A DNA stretch of 64,000 nt, from the IMG/VR virus record IMGVR_UViG_3300038829_000263, positions 79,220 through 143,219 of that record; one strand, written 5' to 3'. Below, in pieces: positions 44,938-55,475 of this stretch. The notes under the pieces are model-generated. The model was given only the letters and a program-made list of their open reading frames with translations, searched no databases and had not been told where the DNA came from. Position numbers and translations under genes: made by a program. Positions within the stretch are counted from its first letter, which is position 1. Each line of letters begins with the position of its first letter. The DNA is from a virus.

Positions 44938-46172
44938 TGGCCGGCGCGACCGGAACCTCGATCCTCGAGCTCCGCACGGGTGGCCCGGGCTCGCGGGCCC
45001 TCGACATCACGGCCTTCGTGCGCAAGTTCGTCTGGTACGAGTCCCTGATCGCCGGCGGCTGGTCCTGGGAGCTGGCGTTCGCCGCGGAGCAGTGGCCGGA
45101 GTGGGAGCCCCTCCTGCTCGGCCGCGACGAGCCGGAGGTCGGGCGCTACTTCCGCCTGGGCGCGCAGAGCAGCGGCCGCGACGACCCGGGCATCACGACG
45201 GACTGGCGCTTCGCCGTCGTGGATGGCTCCTCCTCGGCGATCAAGGGCACGGCCCTCCTGGGCCACGTCACGGGCGGGGACCGGCGCCTGCTCCTGGCAT
45301 CCAAGGCACGCACGCGCGCCTGGCCGGCGTCGACCGTCGCCGGGATCCTGCGCCAGATCGCGGCCGAGTACGGCATCTCGTCCACGATCGAAAACACGCT
45401 CGGCACGCGCGACCGCCTCCAGGTGCGGGAGAGCGACTGGACGTTCATCATGCGCCTCGGCCGCGAGGCCGCGAGCGCCTCGGGGCGCGGCGACGTGTTC
45501 CCGTTCATGGACGAGGAGCGCCTGCTGTTCGGGGCGCCGAACCTCGTCGCGCCCTCCGAGCGCCGGCACGACCTGGCCGAGGTCGAGAACCGGGTAGAGA
45601 ACACGATCGTCGCCTACAACGGGCGCACGGCCGATCGGCGCGGCGCGGGCACGCTCCGCGGCGTGGGCTACGACCTCGACCAGCAGGCCCCTATCGTGTT
45701 CGAGGTCGACGGCCAGGCCGCCCAGACGCACCCTTCCCTCGCCCGGCGGGTGCCCCGCCCCCAGGAGGACGCGCTGCGTGTCCTGCCCGTGATGGAGGAG
45801 AGCGCCGCCCTCGTCGAGGCCCAGGCCCGTAGCGCCTGGGGTCGCGCGGCCCCGCGCTACTTCTCCCTCCGACTGGACACCCGGCCCGACCTGACCCTGC
45901 GCCCCGGCAAGGTCGTGGAGGTGCAGGCCACGCTCGACGGGCGGCGCGACTCCCCGCTGTTCGGGCGCTTCGTCGTGCTCGAGGTCAAGCACACGATGGA
46001 CGGGGCCAACCTGACGACGACGATCGCGTGCTTCCGGCGCGAGGCGTTCCAGGGCGAGGAGGACCCCACCGGCGCCTCGGCCTCCTCGGGCGGCACGCGC
46101 GACCGCTACCGCTTCGGCGGTGACGACCGCCCCCGCACCGTCATTCGTGCGGAGGTCATCGATGCTCGCTGA
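44937..46172 (+). CDS. Baseplate hub (gp27 / late-control D-like)
   Basis: LQVRESDWTFIMRL; LRPGKVV..GRFVVLEVKH. Confidence 0.85.
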   Translation: MAGATGTSILELRTGGPGSRALDITAFVRKFVWYESLIAGGWSWELAFAAEQWPEWEPLLLGRDEPEVGRYFRLGAQSSGRDDPGITTDWRFAVVDGSSSAIKGTALLGHVTGGDRRLLLASKARTRAWPASTVAGILRQIAAEYGISSTIENTLGTRDRLQVRESDWTFIMRLGREAASASGRGDVFPFMDEERLLFGAPNLVAPSERRHDLAEVENRVENTIVAYNGRTADRRGAGTLRGVGYDLDQQAPIVFEVDGQAAQTHPSLARRVPRPQEDALRVLPVMEESAALVEAQARSAWGRAAPRYFSLRLDTRPDLTLRPGKVVEVQATLDGRRDSPLFGRFVVLEVKHTMDGANLTTTIACFRREAFQGEEDPTGASASSGGTRDRYRFGGDDRPRTVIRAEVIDAR

Positions 46173-47355
46173 CCTGGTAGACAGCAGGAACCCCGAGACG
46201 GGCCAGCCCTACGAGCCCCGCCAGTGGAACGGCCTCTATCCCGGGACCGTCATCAACGATGAGGACCCGGACAAGGGCGGCCGCCTGCGCATCCGCGTCG
46301 ACCAGGTCTACGGCGCCGAGGAGGAAGAGGAGCGCATCACGGACGGCGACCTCCCCTGGGCGCGCCCGTGTTTCCCCGTGACGGGGGACAAGGCCGGCGA
46401 GGCATGGGTCCCTGAGCCCGGGGCGGCCGTCTGGGTGACGTTCTGGGGCGGAGACCCGGAGAAGCCTGTCTGGCTGGGTGGATGGTTCCCCCTGGCCAAG
46501 ATCCCGGACGAGTTCTCGTCCAGCTACGACCCGGGCCCCATGACGCGGCTCATCAAGGCCGGCGGCCACACGTTCGAGATGCGCTGGAAGGCCGGGCAGG
46601 AGCACGTCTACATCAAGACGGCCGGTGGCGTCGAGCTGGACCTCGTCGACGCGGACGCCCTGGACGGCGTCAAGGCGGAGCTGTCCCTGCCCTCCGGGCG
46701 CCGCCTGTTCATCTCCGACAAGGACACGAAGGCCCTGCTCGAGACGCCCACGCGCCGCGTGGAGCTCGACGACTCCGGCACGGGCAAGGCGATCCTCACG
46801 ACCCCCACGCAGAAGGTGGAGCTTGACGACGCCCCGCCTGGGACGATCACCATCCAGACCCCCGGGAACGTGAACGTGAACGCTGGGGTGAACGCCAGCG
46901 TCGTGGCCGGAGGCAACATCAGCGCGACCGCCGGCGGCACGGCTACGGTCCAGAGCACGGGCCTCCTCTCGCTCCTCTCCGCCGGCGGCGTGACCATGAC
47001 CTCGACCGGGCCCGGCGCCACGAACGTGACGGCCGGCGGCGTCCTCAACCTCACCTACACCGGGGCCGCCATCCTGAACTTCCTGGCCGCGCTCACGCTC
47101 ATGGCCGGGGCCGTTCTGACCATCACGGCGACGGGCGCCCTGGCCCTGGCCGGCGCCGGCATCACGATCATCACGACGGCCGGTCTCGTGCAGCTCGGCG
47201 TTGTCGGCGCGAAGCAGAAGCTCATCCTGCTCTCGGCCCTGGTGAAGTACAACGCGCACACGCACAACGAGACCGGCGGCACGACCCTCCCGCCCCAGGC
47301 CGGCGACCTGTGGATCCCGGGCGTCGATACGAGCATCGCCACGGAGGCAAACTGA
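46162..47355 (+). CDS. Baseplate central spike (gp5/gpV OB-fold plus beta-helix)
   Basis: GLYPGTVINDEDPDKGGRLRIRV..LPWARP..VPEPGAAVWVTFWGGDPEKPVWLG; C-terminal NAHTH. Confidence 0.9.
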   Translation: MLADLVDSRNPETGQPYEPRQWNGLYPGTVINDEDPDKGGRLRIRVDQVYGAEEEEERITDGDLPWARPCFPVTGDKAGEAWVPEPGAAVWVTFWGGDPEKPVWLGGWFPLAKIPDEFSSSYDPGPMTRLIKAGGHTFEMRWKAGQEHVYIKTAGGVELDLVDADALDGVKAELSLPSGRRLFISDKDTKALLETPTRRVELDDSGTGKAILTTPTQKVELDDAPPGTITIQTPGNVNVNAGVNASVVAGGNISATAGGTATVQSTGLLSLLSAGGVTMTSTGPGATNVTAGGVLNLTYTGAAILNFLAALTLMAGAVLTITATGALALAGAGITIITTAGLVQLGVVGAKQKLILLSALVKYNAHTHNETGGTTLPPQAGDLWIPGVDTSIATEAN

Positions 47356-47756
47356 TGGCCGGCGAGCGGGCAGCGCGCACGAGGTACACGGGGCCGGCCT
47401 TCCCCTTCGGGCCGCGCGCCGTGGACAACTTCGGCCCGAAGGACGACGTGCAGGTCATCTACACGTCCCTCGTGAACATCATCAGCACGCCCAAGGGGAG
47501 CATCCCCTACAACCTCGAGCTGGGCTCCTGGGTCCCCTACCTCCTGTTCGAGCCGAACGACGAGATCACGCGCTCGCTCGTGCGCTACTTCACGGAGAAG
47601 GACCTGGCCGAGCAGGAGCCGCGCATCGTCGTTCGTTCGGTCTATACCGACCAGCCCGACGATTACTCGATCGTCGTCACCGTGGGCTTTTCCCTCGTGG
47701 GGGACCCGGCCGCCCGCGTCTACAATGCGCCCATCCAGTACAACCTGGCGGCCTAG
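47355..47756 (+). CDS. Baseplate wedge gp25-like (sheath initiator)
   Basis: SLVNIISTPKGSIPYNLELGS..LLFEPND..EPRI. Confidence 0.9.
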   Translation: MAGERAARTRYTGPAFPFGPRAVDNFGPKDDVQVIYTSLVNIISTPKGSIPYNLELGSWVPYLLFEPNDEITRSLVRYFTEKDLAEQEPRIVVRSVYTDQPDDYSIVVTVGFSLVGDPAARVYNAPIQYNLAA

Positions 47757-47768
47757 CAGGAGCCCGTC

Positions 47769-50700
47769 ATGCCCGGCATTGCCCCGCAGATCGACTACGC
47801 CGCGCGGACGTTCGACGTCATCCGGGAGCGGGCCCTGGAGCTGCTCAAGAGGCGCATCACCGAGTTCCGCTACAACGACGTCATCCAGTCGGGCGTCGTG
47901 CCGGCGATCATCGACGTGCTCTCCTGGTTTCACGAGCAGAACGCCCACTACTACGACAGGCGCTTCCGCAACTCGCTGCTGATCCTCGCCGACACGCGCG
48001 AGGCGATGGTCGTCCTGACCCGCGCCCTGGGCTACCGCATGCGGCCGGCGACATCGGCCTCCGTGGCCGTGCGCGCCACGCCGACCCCGCCCCAGGCCGT
48101 GCCGATCACCCTCCGCAAGGGCACGCGCGCCACGACGGAAGGGGGCTTGACCTTCGAGGTGGCCGAGGACTTCGTCATCCCCGCCGGCAAGCCGTTCTGG
48201 CCGGATGGCACGACCGATGACCTCATCGTCCTCGTCGAGGGCGCCACGCGCGAGGAGACGTTCGTCAGCGACGGGACGCAGTTCCAGGCGTTCGAGCTCG
48301 GCCAGCCGGCGACGATCGAGGGCTCGGTGGCCGTGTCGATCCTGGGCGAGGTCTGGGACGAGGTCGACTCCCTCGTGTTCATCGAGGGCGACAGGCGCGG
48401 CCGGGACGGCTTCACGTCCGACGGGACCGACGGCCAGACGTTCGAGCTGCGCCTCCTGAACGCCATCATCGACCCCGAGGACGAGGACGGGCTCGTCGTG
48501 ATCGTGACGCCCCTCGGGATGGGGTCGGACGGGGCCGAGAAGTGGCAGCAGGTCCCGGCCCTGACCGGCGCCGCGCGCGAGTTCGTGGCCTCGCAAGACC
48601 TCCAGGGCGTGACGACGCTGACGTTCGGCGTGGCGGCCGACGGGGCCGCGCCGCCCCTGGGCGCCCAGGTCGACGTGCTGTACCTGATCGCCGGCGCCCA
48701 GAAGCGCTACCAGCTCACCTACGACACGGACGACCGGGCGACGATCCGCTTCGGGGACGGCGTGTTCGGGATCATCCCGCCGGCCGGCGCCACCATCACC
48801 GTGACCTATCGGACGGGCGGCGGGGCGCGCGGGAACATCGGGACGGGCCAACTCAACACGGTCATCCAGGGCGTGCTCCCCTCGGGGGCGGCGACGCCCG
48901 TCGCCATCCGCAACTTCGAGCCCGGGCGCGGCGGCGAGCCCCAGGAGACCGTCGAGCACGCGCGCTTCTTCGCCCCCCGCTTCGCCAAGTCGAACGAGAG
49001 GGCCGTCACCCGCGAGGACTTCACGACCCTGTCGGCGACCTACTTCGACAGCCTCTACGGCGCGCCCTCGCACGCGGCCGCCTTCCTCAAGCAGCGCCGC
49101 CCGGAGCTGAACACGGTCTGCGTGGCCGTCTGGGGCCGGGACGAGTTCGGCCAGCTCTCGACCGCGAACTCGCCCCTCAAGCTGGGCATCAAGAACCTGC
49201 TCGACTCGAAGAGGACCATTACGACGGTCGTGGAGATGAAGGACGGCGTCGTCGTCCTCGTCGACATCGAGGCCGACATCACCCTCGTGCAGGGGAAGGT
49301 CCGGGCGGCCGTGTTCGCCGAGCTGGAGGCGGCCCTGCAGCGCTTCTTCCAGAGCACGGCCGTACTGCCCGGAATCAACGTCTCCATCTCCCAGCTCTAC
49401 GACACGTTCCAGAACGTCGCCGGCGTCGAGCGGGTCGAGATCACCCGCATCACGGGCTCCGTGCGGGTCACGACCGACGTGTTCATCCTCCTGGGCACGG
49501 GCGCCCTCGTGCCCGCCGTGGGCGATGGGTCGGTGAACCTCTTCCAGGGGCAGTTCGCCTTCCTGGAAGGCACGACGATCGTCCCCAAGTCCGTGGTCAT
49601 CACCGACGGCATCCAGCAGGTCGTGGACAACGGAGAGGGCGCTTTCTCGGGCGACGTGGACCCGCTCGCCACGCCCGGCCAGACGACCCCCCTGGGCAAC
49701 GCGATGGACTACGAGACGGGGAAGTTCTTCATCAGCTTCGCGACGGCGCCCACGGCCGGCGCAGCCGTCACGGCCCAGGCCAAGCTGGAAGTGTTCTTCC
49801 CCAAGACGGAGAACCTGGGCGCCTCCGATGGCAACGTGAGCGTCGTCGACGGCGCCACGGACTACTACCCGATCGTGCGTCGGGCCCCCCGCGGCCTGTG
49901 GTCCGGGGACCGGCGCCAGGTCGTGGACTCCTTCCGCGTGGGCGCCACGAACCAGGTCCGCGGCCGCCTCCCTCGCGGGATCCTGCCGACGACCCTCCTC
50001 TTCGTCGAAGGCACGCCCCAGACAGTGTTCGACAACGGCGCCGGGACCCTGCTCTCCGGCGTGACGCCTGTCGGCACGGTCAACTACCTCACGGGCGACT
50101 TCGACTTCACGTACCCGCTCCCGATCGTCCTGCCGATCGTGGCCACCTGGACGACCCGCACCGTTGACCTGTTCATGCCCGCCGACCTCCTGCCCCTCCA
50201 GGCCGGGCGCCTGTTCGTCTGGGGCGGCTTCGACAAGGACGGCACACAGCCCCCAGGCGCGCTCATCGCCTACGACGACGGCGAGGGGAACATCGCCGGC
50301 AACGTCATCCCCGGCGGCACGATCAGCTACGAGGACGGCCGCGTGCTGTTCGAGTGGAACGCAACGCCGCCCCCCGGGCCCGCGGCCGGGGCGCTCCTCA
50401 CGGGGACCATCACGCAGGCCCGGGACGGCATCCGCCGCGTGTTCGACTTCACGTTCCCCGGCGACCTCTCGAGCGGCTCGCTCGACGGCGAGGGCCGGAC
50501 GCGCTTCCAGCTCTCCTCCCTCTCGACCCCCGGCTTCGTCGTCGTGGACGCCTACGACAACTGGCAGGGGAAGATCCAGGGCGTGAGCCTCGACCGCCTG
50601 GGCGAGAACACGATCCAGTACGCGGGCGGCACGGGGCGCCTGACCTTCCTCTCGCCTCCCCCGGTGGGGACGCCCGGGACCTTCCCGATCCAGGTCACGA

Positions 50701-51047
50701 ACGTGGCGACCTTCCTCTACGCGGGCTGGGTGTTCCGGGTCAAGACGCCCGGCGCGGCCGGCCTGGACAAGGGCCTGTTCGCCGACAACACCGGCCGCCT
50801 GTGGGGTCCTCCCGCGGCCGGGCCCTCGGACCCCTTCCCCGTGGCGTTCCTCGACTACCTCCGCGGCCGCTTCTTCACGCGCCTGGCGGGCTCGCCCATC
50901 GCGGCCGGCCGGGACCTCCTGCTCACCTACGACGCCCTGACGCGCGTCCCGCCGGCCCTGGACATCGTGGTCGCCGGTAACCAGGTCGCGGCCCTGGGCG
51001 CGGTGGCGCTCACGGAGAAGCCGCAGGGGGCCTCGGTCAATGACTGA
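47769..51047 (+). CDS. Baseplate wedge (gp6/baseplate J-like) with C-terminal repeated beta modules
   Basis: IDYAARTFD; LGYRMRPATSAS; IRFGDGVFG..P; YRTGGGARGN; GGEPQET; RAVTREDF. Confidence 0.92.
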   Translation: MPGIAPQIDYAARTFDVIRERALELLKRRITEFRYNDVIQSGVVPAIIDVLSWFHEQNAHYYDRRFRNSLLILADTREAMVVLTRALGYRMRPATSASVAVRATPTPPQAVPITLRKGTRATTEGGLTFEVAEDFVIPAGKPFWPDGTTDDLIVLVEGATREETFVSDGTQFQAFELGQPATIEGSVAVSILGEVWDEVDSLVFIEGDRRGRDGFTSDGTDGQTFELRLLNAIIDPEDEDGLVVIVTPLGMGSDGAEKWQQVPALTGAAREFVASQDLQGVTTLTFGVAADGAAPPLGAQVDVLYLIAGAQKRYQLTYDTDDRATIRFGDGVFGIIPPAGATITVTYRTGGGARGNIGTGQLNTVIQGVLPSGAATPVAIRNFEPGRGGEPQETVEHARFFAPRFAKSNERAVTREDFTTLSATYFDSLYGAPSHAAAFLKQRRPELNTVCVAVWGRDEFGQLSTANSPLKLGIKNLLDSKRTITTVVEMKDGVVVLVDIEADITLVQGKVRAAVFAELEAALQRFFQSTAVLPGINVSISQLYDTFQNVAGVERVEITRITGSVRVTTDVFILLGTGALVPAVGDGSVNLFQGQFAFLEGTTIVPKSVVITDGIQQVVDNGEGAFSGDVDPLATPGQTTPLGNAMDYETGKFFISFATAPTAGAAVTAQAKLEVFFPKTENLGASDGNVSVVDGATDYYPIVRRAPRGLWSGDRRQVVDSFRVGATNQVRGRLPRGILPTTLLFVEGTPQTVFDNGAGTLLSGVTPVGTVNYLTGDFDFTYPLPIVLPIVATWTTRTVDLFMPADLLPLQAGRLFVWGGFDKDGTQPPGALIAYDDGEGNIAGNVIPGGTISYEDGRVLFEWNATPPPGPAAGALLTGTITQARDGIRRVFDFTFPGDLSSGSLDGEGRTRFQLSSLSTPGFVVVDAYDNWQGKIQGVSLDRLGENTIQYAGGTGRLTFLSPPPVGTPGTFPIQVTNVATFLYAGWVFRVKTPGAAGLDKGLFADNTGRLWGPPAAGPSDPFPVAFLDYLRGRFFTRLAGSPIAAGRDLLLTYDALTRVPPALDIVVAGNQVAALGAVALTEKPQGASVND

Positions 51048-51232
51048 CGCCTGCCGCATGGGCGCGCCGGTCCATTACCCTGGGAGGAGGGTCCGGGCGG
51101 CCGTAGCGGCCAAAACCGTCACGCGTAAGATATTGCTAGGATATAGCTTAGCTAGCGAACCCCCGCTCGATGACAAGGAGATGATGGGCGCCCGCCTGAG
51201 CTACCGGTGCGGAGCCCCCGCAGGAGGCCCCG

Positions 51233-52501
51233 ATGCCTAATCCGCGAGAGCCAGGGAACCGCCTCCGCATCGACCTGTACCGGCGCCTCCTCCCCGAGAT
51301 CCAGCGCGAGGACCAGAAGTCCGGCGCCCACGGGTACGTGTTCCACTGGGATGACCCGGACTCGGAGTGGGACGAGCTCCTCCTGGCGCCCTCGGACCCG
51401 GCCTCGCTGGAGGCGGTCTGGGAAGCGGTCGGCCTCTCGCCGCTCTACCAGGAGCTGTTCTATGCGCTGGAACAGGTCGAGGGCGAGGACGTCGCGGTGC
51501 TCGAGTCGCTGGACGCGGTCATCGACCCGCTCCGGTGCCCCCTGGGCCTCCTGGGGAACCTGGCCGCCTCGCTCGGCTATCGCCTGGCCGAGGGCCTCTC
51601 CGAGGACGCCCAGCGCGCGGCGCTCCTGGGCCTCATCGACGCCTTCAAGAGTCGTGGGCAGTGGATTAGCTGGAAGGTGTTCTACCGCCTCCTCGGCTTC
51701 GAGATCGTCGAGGTGTTCCCGCTCTGGAAGCGCGACGTGTTCGAGGCCAACGAGGACTACGCGCGCCTGCGCTACGAGACGCTCGCGAAGGTGAACATCC
51801 CCGTCGGGCCCGCGGCTCAGACGGCCTTCGTGGGCACGCTCGCCGACGCGCCCATCAAGCCGGGCACGGTCCGGTTCCGGGACACGGGCCTCGGCGGCAT
51901 CACCGTGCGTGACGACGAGGGCGGCATCCTCCTCGGGCCCGCGGGGCCCCTGGGCACGATCGACCTCCGCACGGGCGACTTCCGCCTCACGCTCCCCGCG
52001 CCGTCCGTCGGGCCCGTCGTCGTCGACCTCGAGCGCATCACCGACGAGCGGCCGTATCACGCGGCCCGCATCGACGTGGACATTCTGCTCTCGCCTATGG
52101 GGGCGCCGATCCCGCTCATCACCGAGGAGGGCGTGACGGAGCTCCTCGTGCGCATGGAAGAGGTCCGGCCGATCCACGTGCTCCTGCGCGCCCTGGCGCT
52201 CGTGGCCGAGATCCGCGACGACTTCGGCCCGACGGGCGCGACCGACGGCGTCGCCTGCACGACGCATCTCCGCGACCACCGCGACGGCGGCCCCCCGCCC
52301 GGCGACCCGCCGCCCGGCCGCGACTACAACTACATGATCGACGTCGCCGACGTGCCCGACGAGGACACCATGTTCATCGGGGTCACGCCGACGGTCGGCA
52401 CTCCGCAGACGACGGTCCACCTGGAGGACCGCGCCGAAAGCATCTGCCCGCTCGACACCCTCGTCATCGAGGGGGCGCCGGGCGGCACTCAGTACTGGTG
52501 A
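51233..52501 (+). CDS. Baseplate wedge / tail protein I-like
   Basis: IDPLRCP..LLGNLAASLGY..FKSRG; EEVRPIHV. Confidence 0.75.
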   Translation: MPNPREPGNRLRIDLYRRLLPEIQREDQKSGAHGYVFHWDDPDSEWDELLLAPSDPASLEAVWEAVGLSPLYQELFYALEQVEGEDVAVLESLDAVIDPLRCPLGLLGNLAASLGYRLAEGLSEDAQRAALLGLIDAFKSRGQWISWKVFYRLLGFEIVEVFPLWKRDVFEANEDYARLRYETLAKVNIPVGPAAQTAFVGTLADAPIKPGTVRFRDTGLGGITVRDDEGGILLGPAGPLGTIDLRTGDFRLTLPAPSVGPVVVDLERITDERPYHAARIDVDILLSPMGAPIPLITEEGVTELLVRMEEVRPIHVLLRALALVAEIRDDFGPTGATDGVACTTHLRDHRDGGPPPGDPPPGRDYNYMIDVADVPDEDTMFIGVTPTVGTPQTTVHLEDRAESICPLDTLVIEGAPGGTQYW

Positions 52502-52504
52502 GCC

Positions 52505-53026
52505 ATGGCCGACGTGCTGGAGCCGGGACAACTCTTCCTCTTCGACCGACCCGCGCAGGGGACGCCTGTGCTCTCGTCGGAGATCCGCGACAACCTCCAG
52601 GCCGTCGCGCGCACGAACCTGTCGTCTGACCCCGCGTTCCCGGCGAACCCGCGCACGGGCATGCTGCGCTTCCTCACCGAGGACCCGCTCAACTACAAGC
52701 TGCAAGCCTGGCTCGAGCAGTCGGGCGGCGGCGCGGCCTGGCGGGACCTCCTCCAGTACGTGAACCTGGGCATCGCGGCGCCGGCCAAGCTCGTGTTTGA
52801 CATCACCGTGCCGCCCCTGGTCAACTCGTGGACCATTGACCACAACCTGGGGTCCTACCCGCTGGTGCAGCCCTTCAACTCGGCGGGCTACCAGTTCGGA
52901 GTCCTGGGGCAGGGCTTCGTCCCGGCGGCGAACCAGTGCCTCATCCAGCAGGTCACTCTCAACCGCGTGGTCATCACATTCGCGCCGGCGACGTTCCCCA
53001 CGGGGTTCGTCGTGATCGTGGGCTAA
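52505..53026 (+). CDS. Tail fibre-associated protein
   Basis: SSEIRDNLQA; WTIDHNLGSYPLVQ. Confidence 0.7.
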   Translation: MADVLEPGQLFLFDRPAQGTPVLSSEIRDNLQAVARTNLSSDPAFPANPRTGMLRFLTEDPLNYKLQAWLEQSGGGAAWRDLLQYVNLGIAAPAKLVFDITVPPLVNSWTIDHNLGSYPLVQPFNSAGYQFGVLGQGFVPAANQCLIQQVTLNRVVITFAPATFPTGFVVIVG

Positions 53027-53037
53027 GGGAGGCGGGC

Positions 53038-53922
53038 GTGTTCGACAAGGCCAGGGCCTACGTGCAGCGGCGGATCGCGGCGATCAACGCCCGGCGTTCC
53101 ATCGTGCCCAGGAGCTTCACCGGCCTGCGCAACTCGGACCAGGGTCCGGCGGCGCGCGGCCAGCTCGTCGTCGAGATCCGACCGGTCAATCCCGAGACGG
53201 GCCAGCCAGGGCCCTGGATTCCCCTCGTCGACGACAAGAACCTCGTCGTCACGCAGGCCGAGTCGCTCATGGCCCAGATGGCCATCAACCAGGGCCCCGG
53301 CAACAACAACTCGGCCCTGGGCTACATCGAGCTCGGCGACCCTGTCACGCCGGCGGCGCCGACCCTCGCGGACACGAACCTCCAGGCGAGCACCGGCCAG
53401 CGGAAGGTCGTGGCGGTCACGGCCACGGGGAACCAGGTCAAGGCCGAGGCCACCTGGTCGACGGCGGAGGGGAACGGCTTCACCTACACGGAGGCCGGCC
53501 TGTTCAATGGCCTGCTCGGCCTGGGCCTCATGTTCGCGCGGAAGACGTTCGCCGGCATCGCCAAGACGAACGCCTTCGAGCTGCGCTTCACCTGGTACAT
53601 CACGTTCCTCGTGAACACGAGCGGGGGCGACTGCTCCGGCATCGCGCTCATCGGCCCCTCGACGGTCTCGGCGTACACGTTCTACACGGCCGTCGGCGGC
53701 GAGGCGTCCATCGCGGCGACCTTCGACTTCACGGCAGGCGCGAACCACGTGGACGTGTTCCTGTTCGGCCAGCGCCAGGTCCCGGGCATCAACTACAACG
53801 AGGCCGGCCCGCCGCTCAACGCCCCGATCGGAGGCCCGCCTGCCAACAAGGGCGTGAACCTGATCGCCTGGACGCTCAACCCGCTCGACGAGATCCTGCT
53901 GGTCCATCGGACCCTCGGGTAG
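53038..53922 (+). CDS. Tail collar/fibre attachment protein
   Basis: KNLVVT..YIELGD..NGFTYTEAGLF..MFARKTF. Confidence 0.75.
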   Translation: MFDKARAYVQRRIAAINARRSIVPRSFTGLRNSDQGPAARGQLVVEIRPVNPETGQPGPWIPLVDDKNLVVTQAESLMAQMAINQGPGNNNSALGYIELGDPVTPAAPTLADTNLQASTGQRKVVAVTATGNQVKAEATWSTAEGNGFTYTEAGLFNGLLGLGLMFARKTFAGIAKTNAFELRFTWYITFLVNTSGGDCSGIALIGPSTVSAYTFYTAVGGEASIAATFDFTAGANHVDVFLFGQRQVPGINYNEAGPPLNAPIGGPPANKGVNLIAWTLNPLDEILLVHRTLG

Positions 53923-53931
53923 GAGGACTAC

Positions 53932-55455
53932 GTGACCGTTCCCAGCAGGCTCAGCAAGCGTCAGGAGAACCTGGGGCCCGCGGGCTTCTTCGAGCCCGAG
54001 GCCCTCACCCCGGCGGCGAACCAGCTCCGAGTCAAGGCCGGCTACGCCTTCATCGGCGGCCAGAACATCGTCGTGCAGACGGCCGACCAGCTCACCGGCG
54101 GCTTCGCCGTCGTCATCGCCGGCAACCGGCGCTACGACCTCGTCTACCTCGACACCCTCGGCGCGCCCCAGATCCTCCAGGGCAACCAGCTCGCCGTGGC
54201 GCAGCCGTTCCCGGAGGGCGCGCCGGGCTGGACGGGCACGAACCCTGGGCCCGCCATCCCCGACAACGTGCAGCCCGTCGCCTGGGTGAAGGTCGACGAG
54301 CCGGCCACGGTCGTCATCGACCACGCCGACATCACGCAGATCAACGGGTTCCTCAAGACGCAGCGCGAGCTCGACGGCTACTTCGTGGACAAGGGCGACG
54401 TGGGCTCCGTTCCCGCCGGCCCCTCCTCGGTCGTCACGGCCAACTTCGTGGGTGAGGACCCGAACGGGTCGGCCTCCCTGCCCTTCCTCCGGGGCGTCAT
54501 CACCGTCGCGCCCCTGAACGTCGTGCACATCCTCGACCAGAAGAAGGACGAGATCATCCACGCCGCGACCGGCTCGAAGATCTACGGCCGGATCACGTTC
54601 GCTGTCGGCGTCTGGACCCTGTCGTACTTCCACACGACCGCGCTGGGGGCGGAGGCGGCCGTCGCGAACATGGCGACGGACACGACCCTCGGCCCGGGCC
54701 TGACCGACATCCAGCTCGTGGGCACGCCCAAGATTTTCAGCAGGAACGACCTCACCCGGCCCATGTTCGCCTCGCCGGCGGCGACCATCTCCGACCAGGT
54801 CGCGGCGGTCCAGGTCGGCGTCGTGCCCCTGGGCGGCATCCTGCTCTGGCAGCCGCCGACGGCCGCCACGGCCCCGGCCGTGCCGACCCTTCCCCTCGGC
54901 TACGAGTACTGCGACGGCGCGGCCGTCACGACGCCGGGCTCGCCGTACCTGCCGGCGAACATGCCGGGCTTCCTCAAGCCGAACCTGATGATCACGCCGA
55001 CGGGTGGCCTGCGGCGGTTCCCGCGCGGCGCGGACTACTCGGTGGGCAGCCACGGCGCGGCCAACGTCGAGCCGACGGGCGGCACCGACACGATCCCGAA
55101 CGCCGGCGGCCTGACGCCGTTCAACGGCTCGTTCGGCGGCAACACGGGCTCGACCTCGATCAACCACACGCACGCGATCAGCTCCGACGGCGCGCACACG
55201 CACGACGCCGTCACGCAGGTCGGCCCCTCGACGCCTCCGCGCTACGCCTCGGACAATGGCGCTACGCCCAACATAGCCACGGCCTCGGCCGGCGCGCACT
55301 CGCACAGCGGCGCGACGGGCACCATGTCGTCCAACGACCCGCACTCGCACACCGTCTCGGGCAACTTCTCGGGCAACATCGACACGACCCACAACCACGG
55401 TGGGGAGAACCGGCCGGCCTTCCTGGAGGCGGCCTACATCATGCGCGTGCTGTAG
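53932..55455 (+). CDS. Tail fibre with collar domain and HxH metal-binding needle
   Basis: VPLGGILLW..LPLGYEYCDG..PNL..RFPRG collar; HTH, HTH, HSH, HSH, HNH; ENRPAF..AYIMRV. Confidence 0.88.
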   Translation: MTVPSRLSKRQENLGPAGFFEPEALTPAANQLRVKAGYAFIGGQNIVVQTADQLTGGFAVVIAGNRRYDLVYLDTLGAPQILQGNQLAVAQPFPEGAPGWTGTNPGPAIPDNVQPVAWVKVDEPATVVIDHADITQINGFLKTQRELDGYFVDKGDVGSVPAGPSSVVTANFVGEDPNGSASLPFLRGVITVAPLNVVHILDQKKDEIIHAATGSKIYGRITFAVGVWTLSYFHTTALGAEAAVANMATDTTLGPGLTDIQLVGTPKIFSRNDLTRPMFASPAATISDQVAAVQVGVVPLGGILLWQPPTAATAPAVPTLPLGYEYCDGAAVTTPGSPYLPANMPGFLKPNLMITPTGGLRRFPRGADYSVGSHGAANVEPTGGTDTIPNAGGLTPFNGSFGGNTGSTSINHTHAISSDGAHTHDAVTQVGPSTPPRYASDNGATPNIATASAGAHSHSGATGTMSSNDPHSHTVSGNFSGNIDTTHNHGGENRPAFLEAAYIMRVL

Positions 55456-55475
55456 CGCGCGAGACAGGCGGAAGC

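Noticed and set aside
12281-51059. Very long minus-strand ORFs (12281-16732, 16579-20016, 22620-28328, 35231-39019, 39726-43052, 47055-51059)
   Set aside because: They are antisense shadows of GC3-biased + strand genes, with Arg/Gly/His-rich composition and no motifs
35300-55455. Extracellular contractile injection system or tailocin
   Set aside because: Capsid, prohead protease, neck and replication genes are linked, so this is a phage
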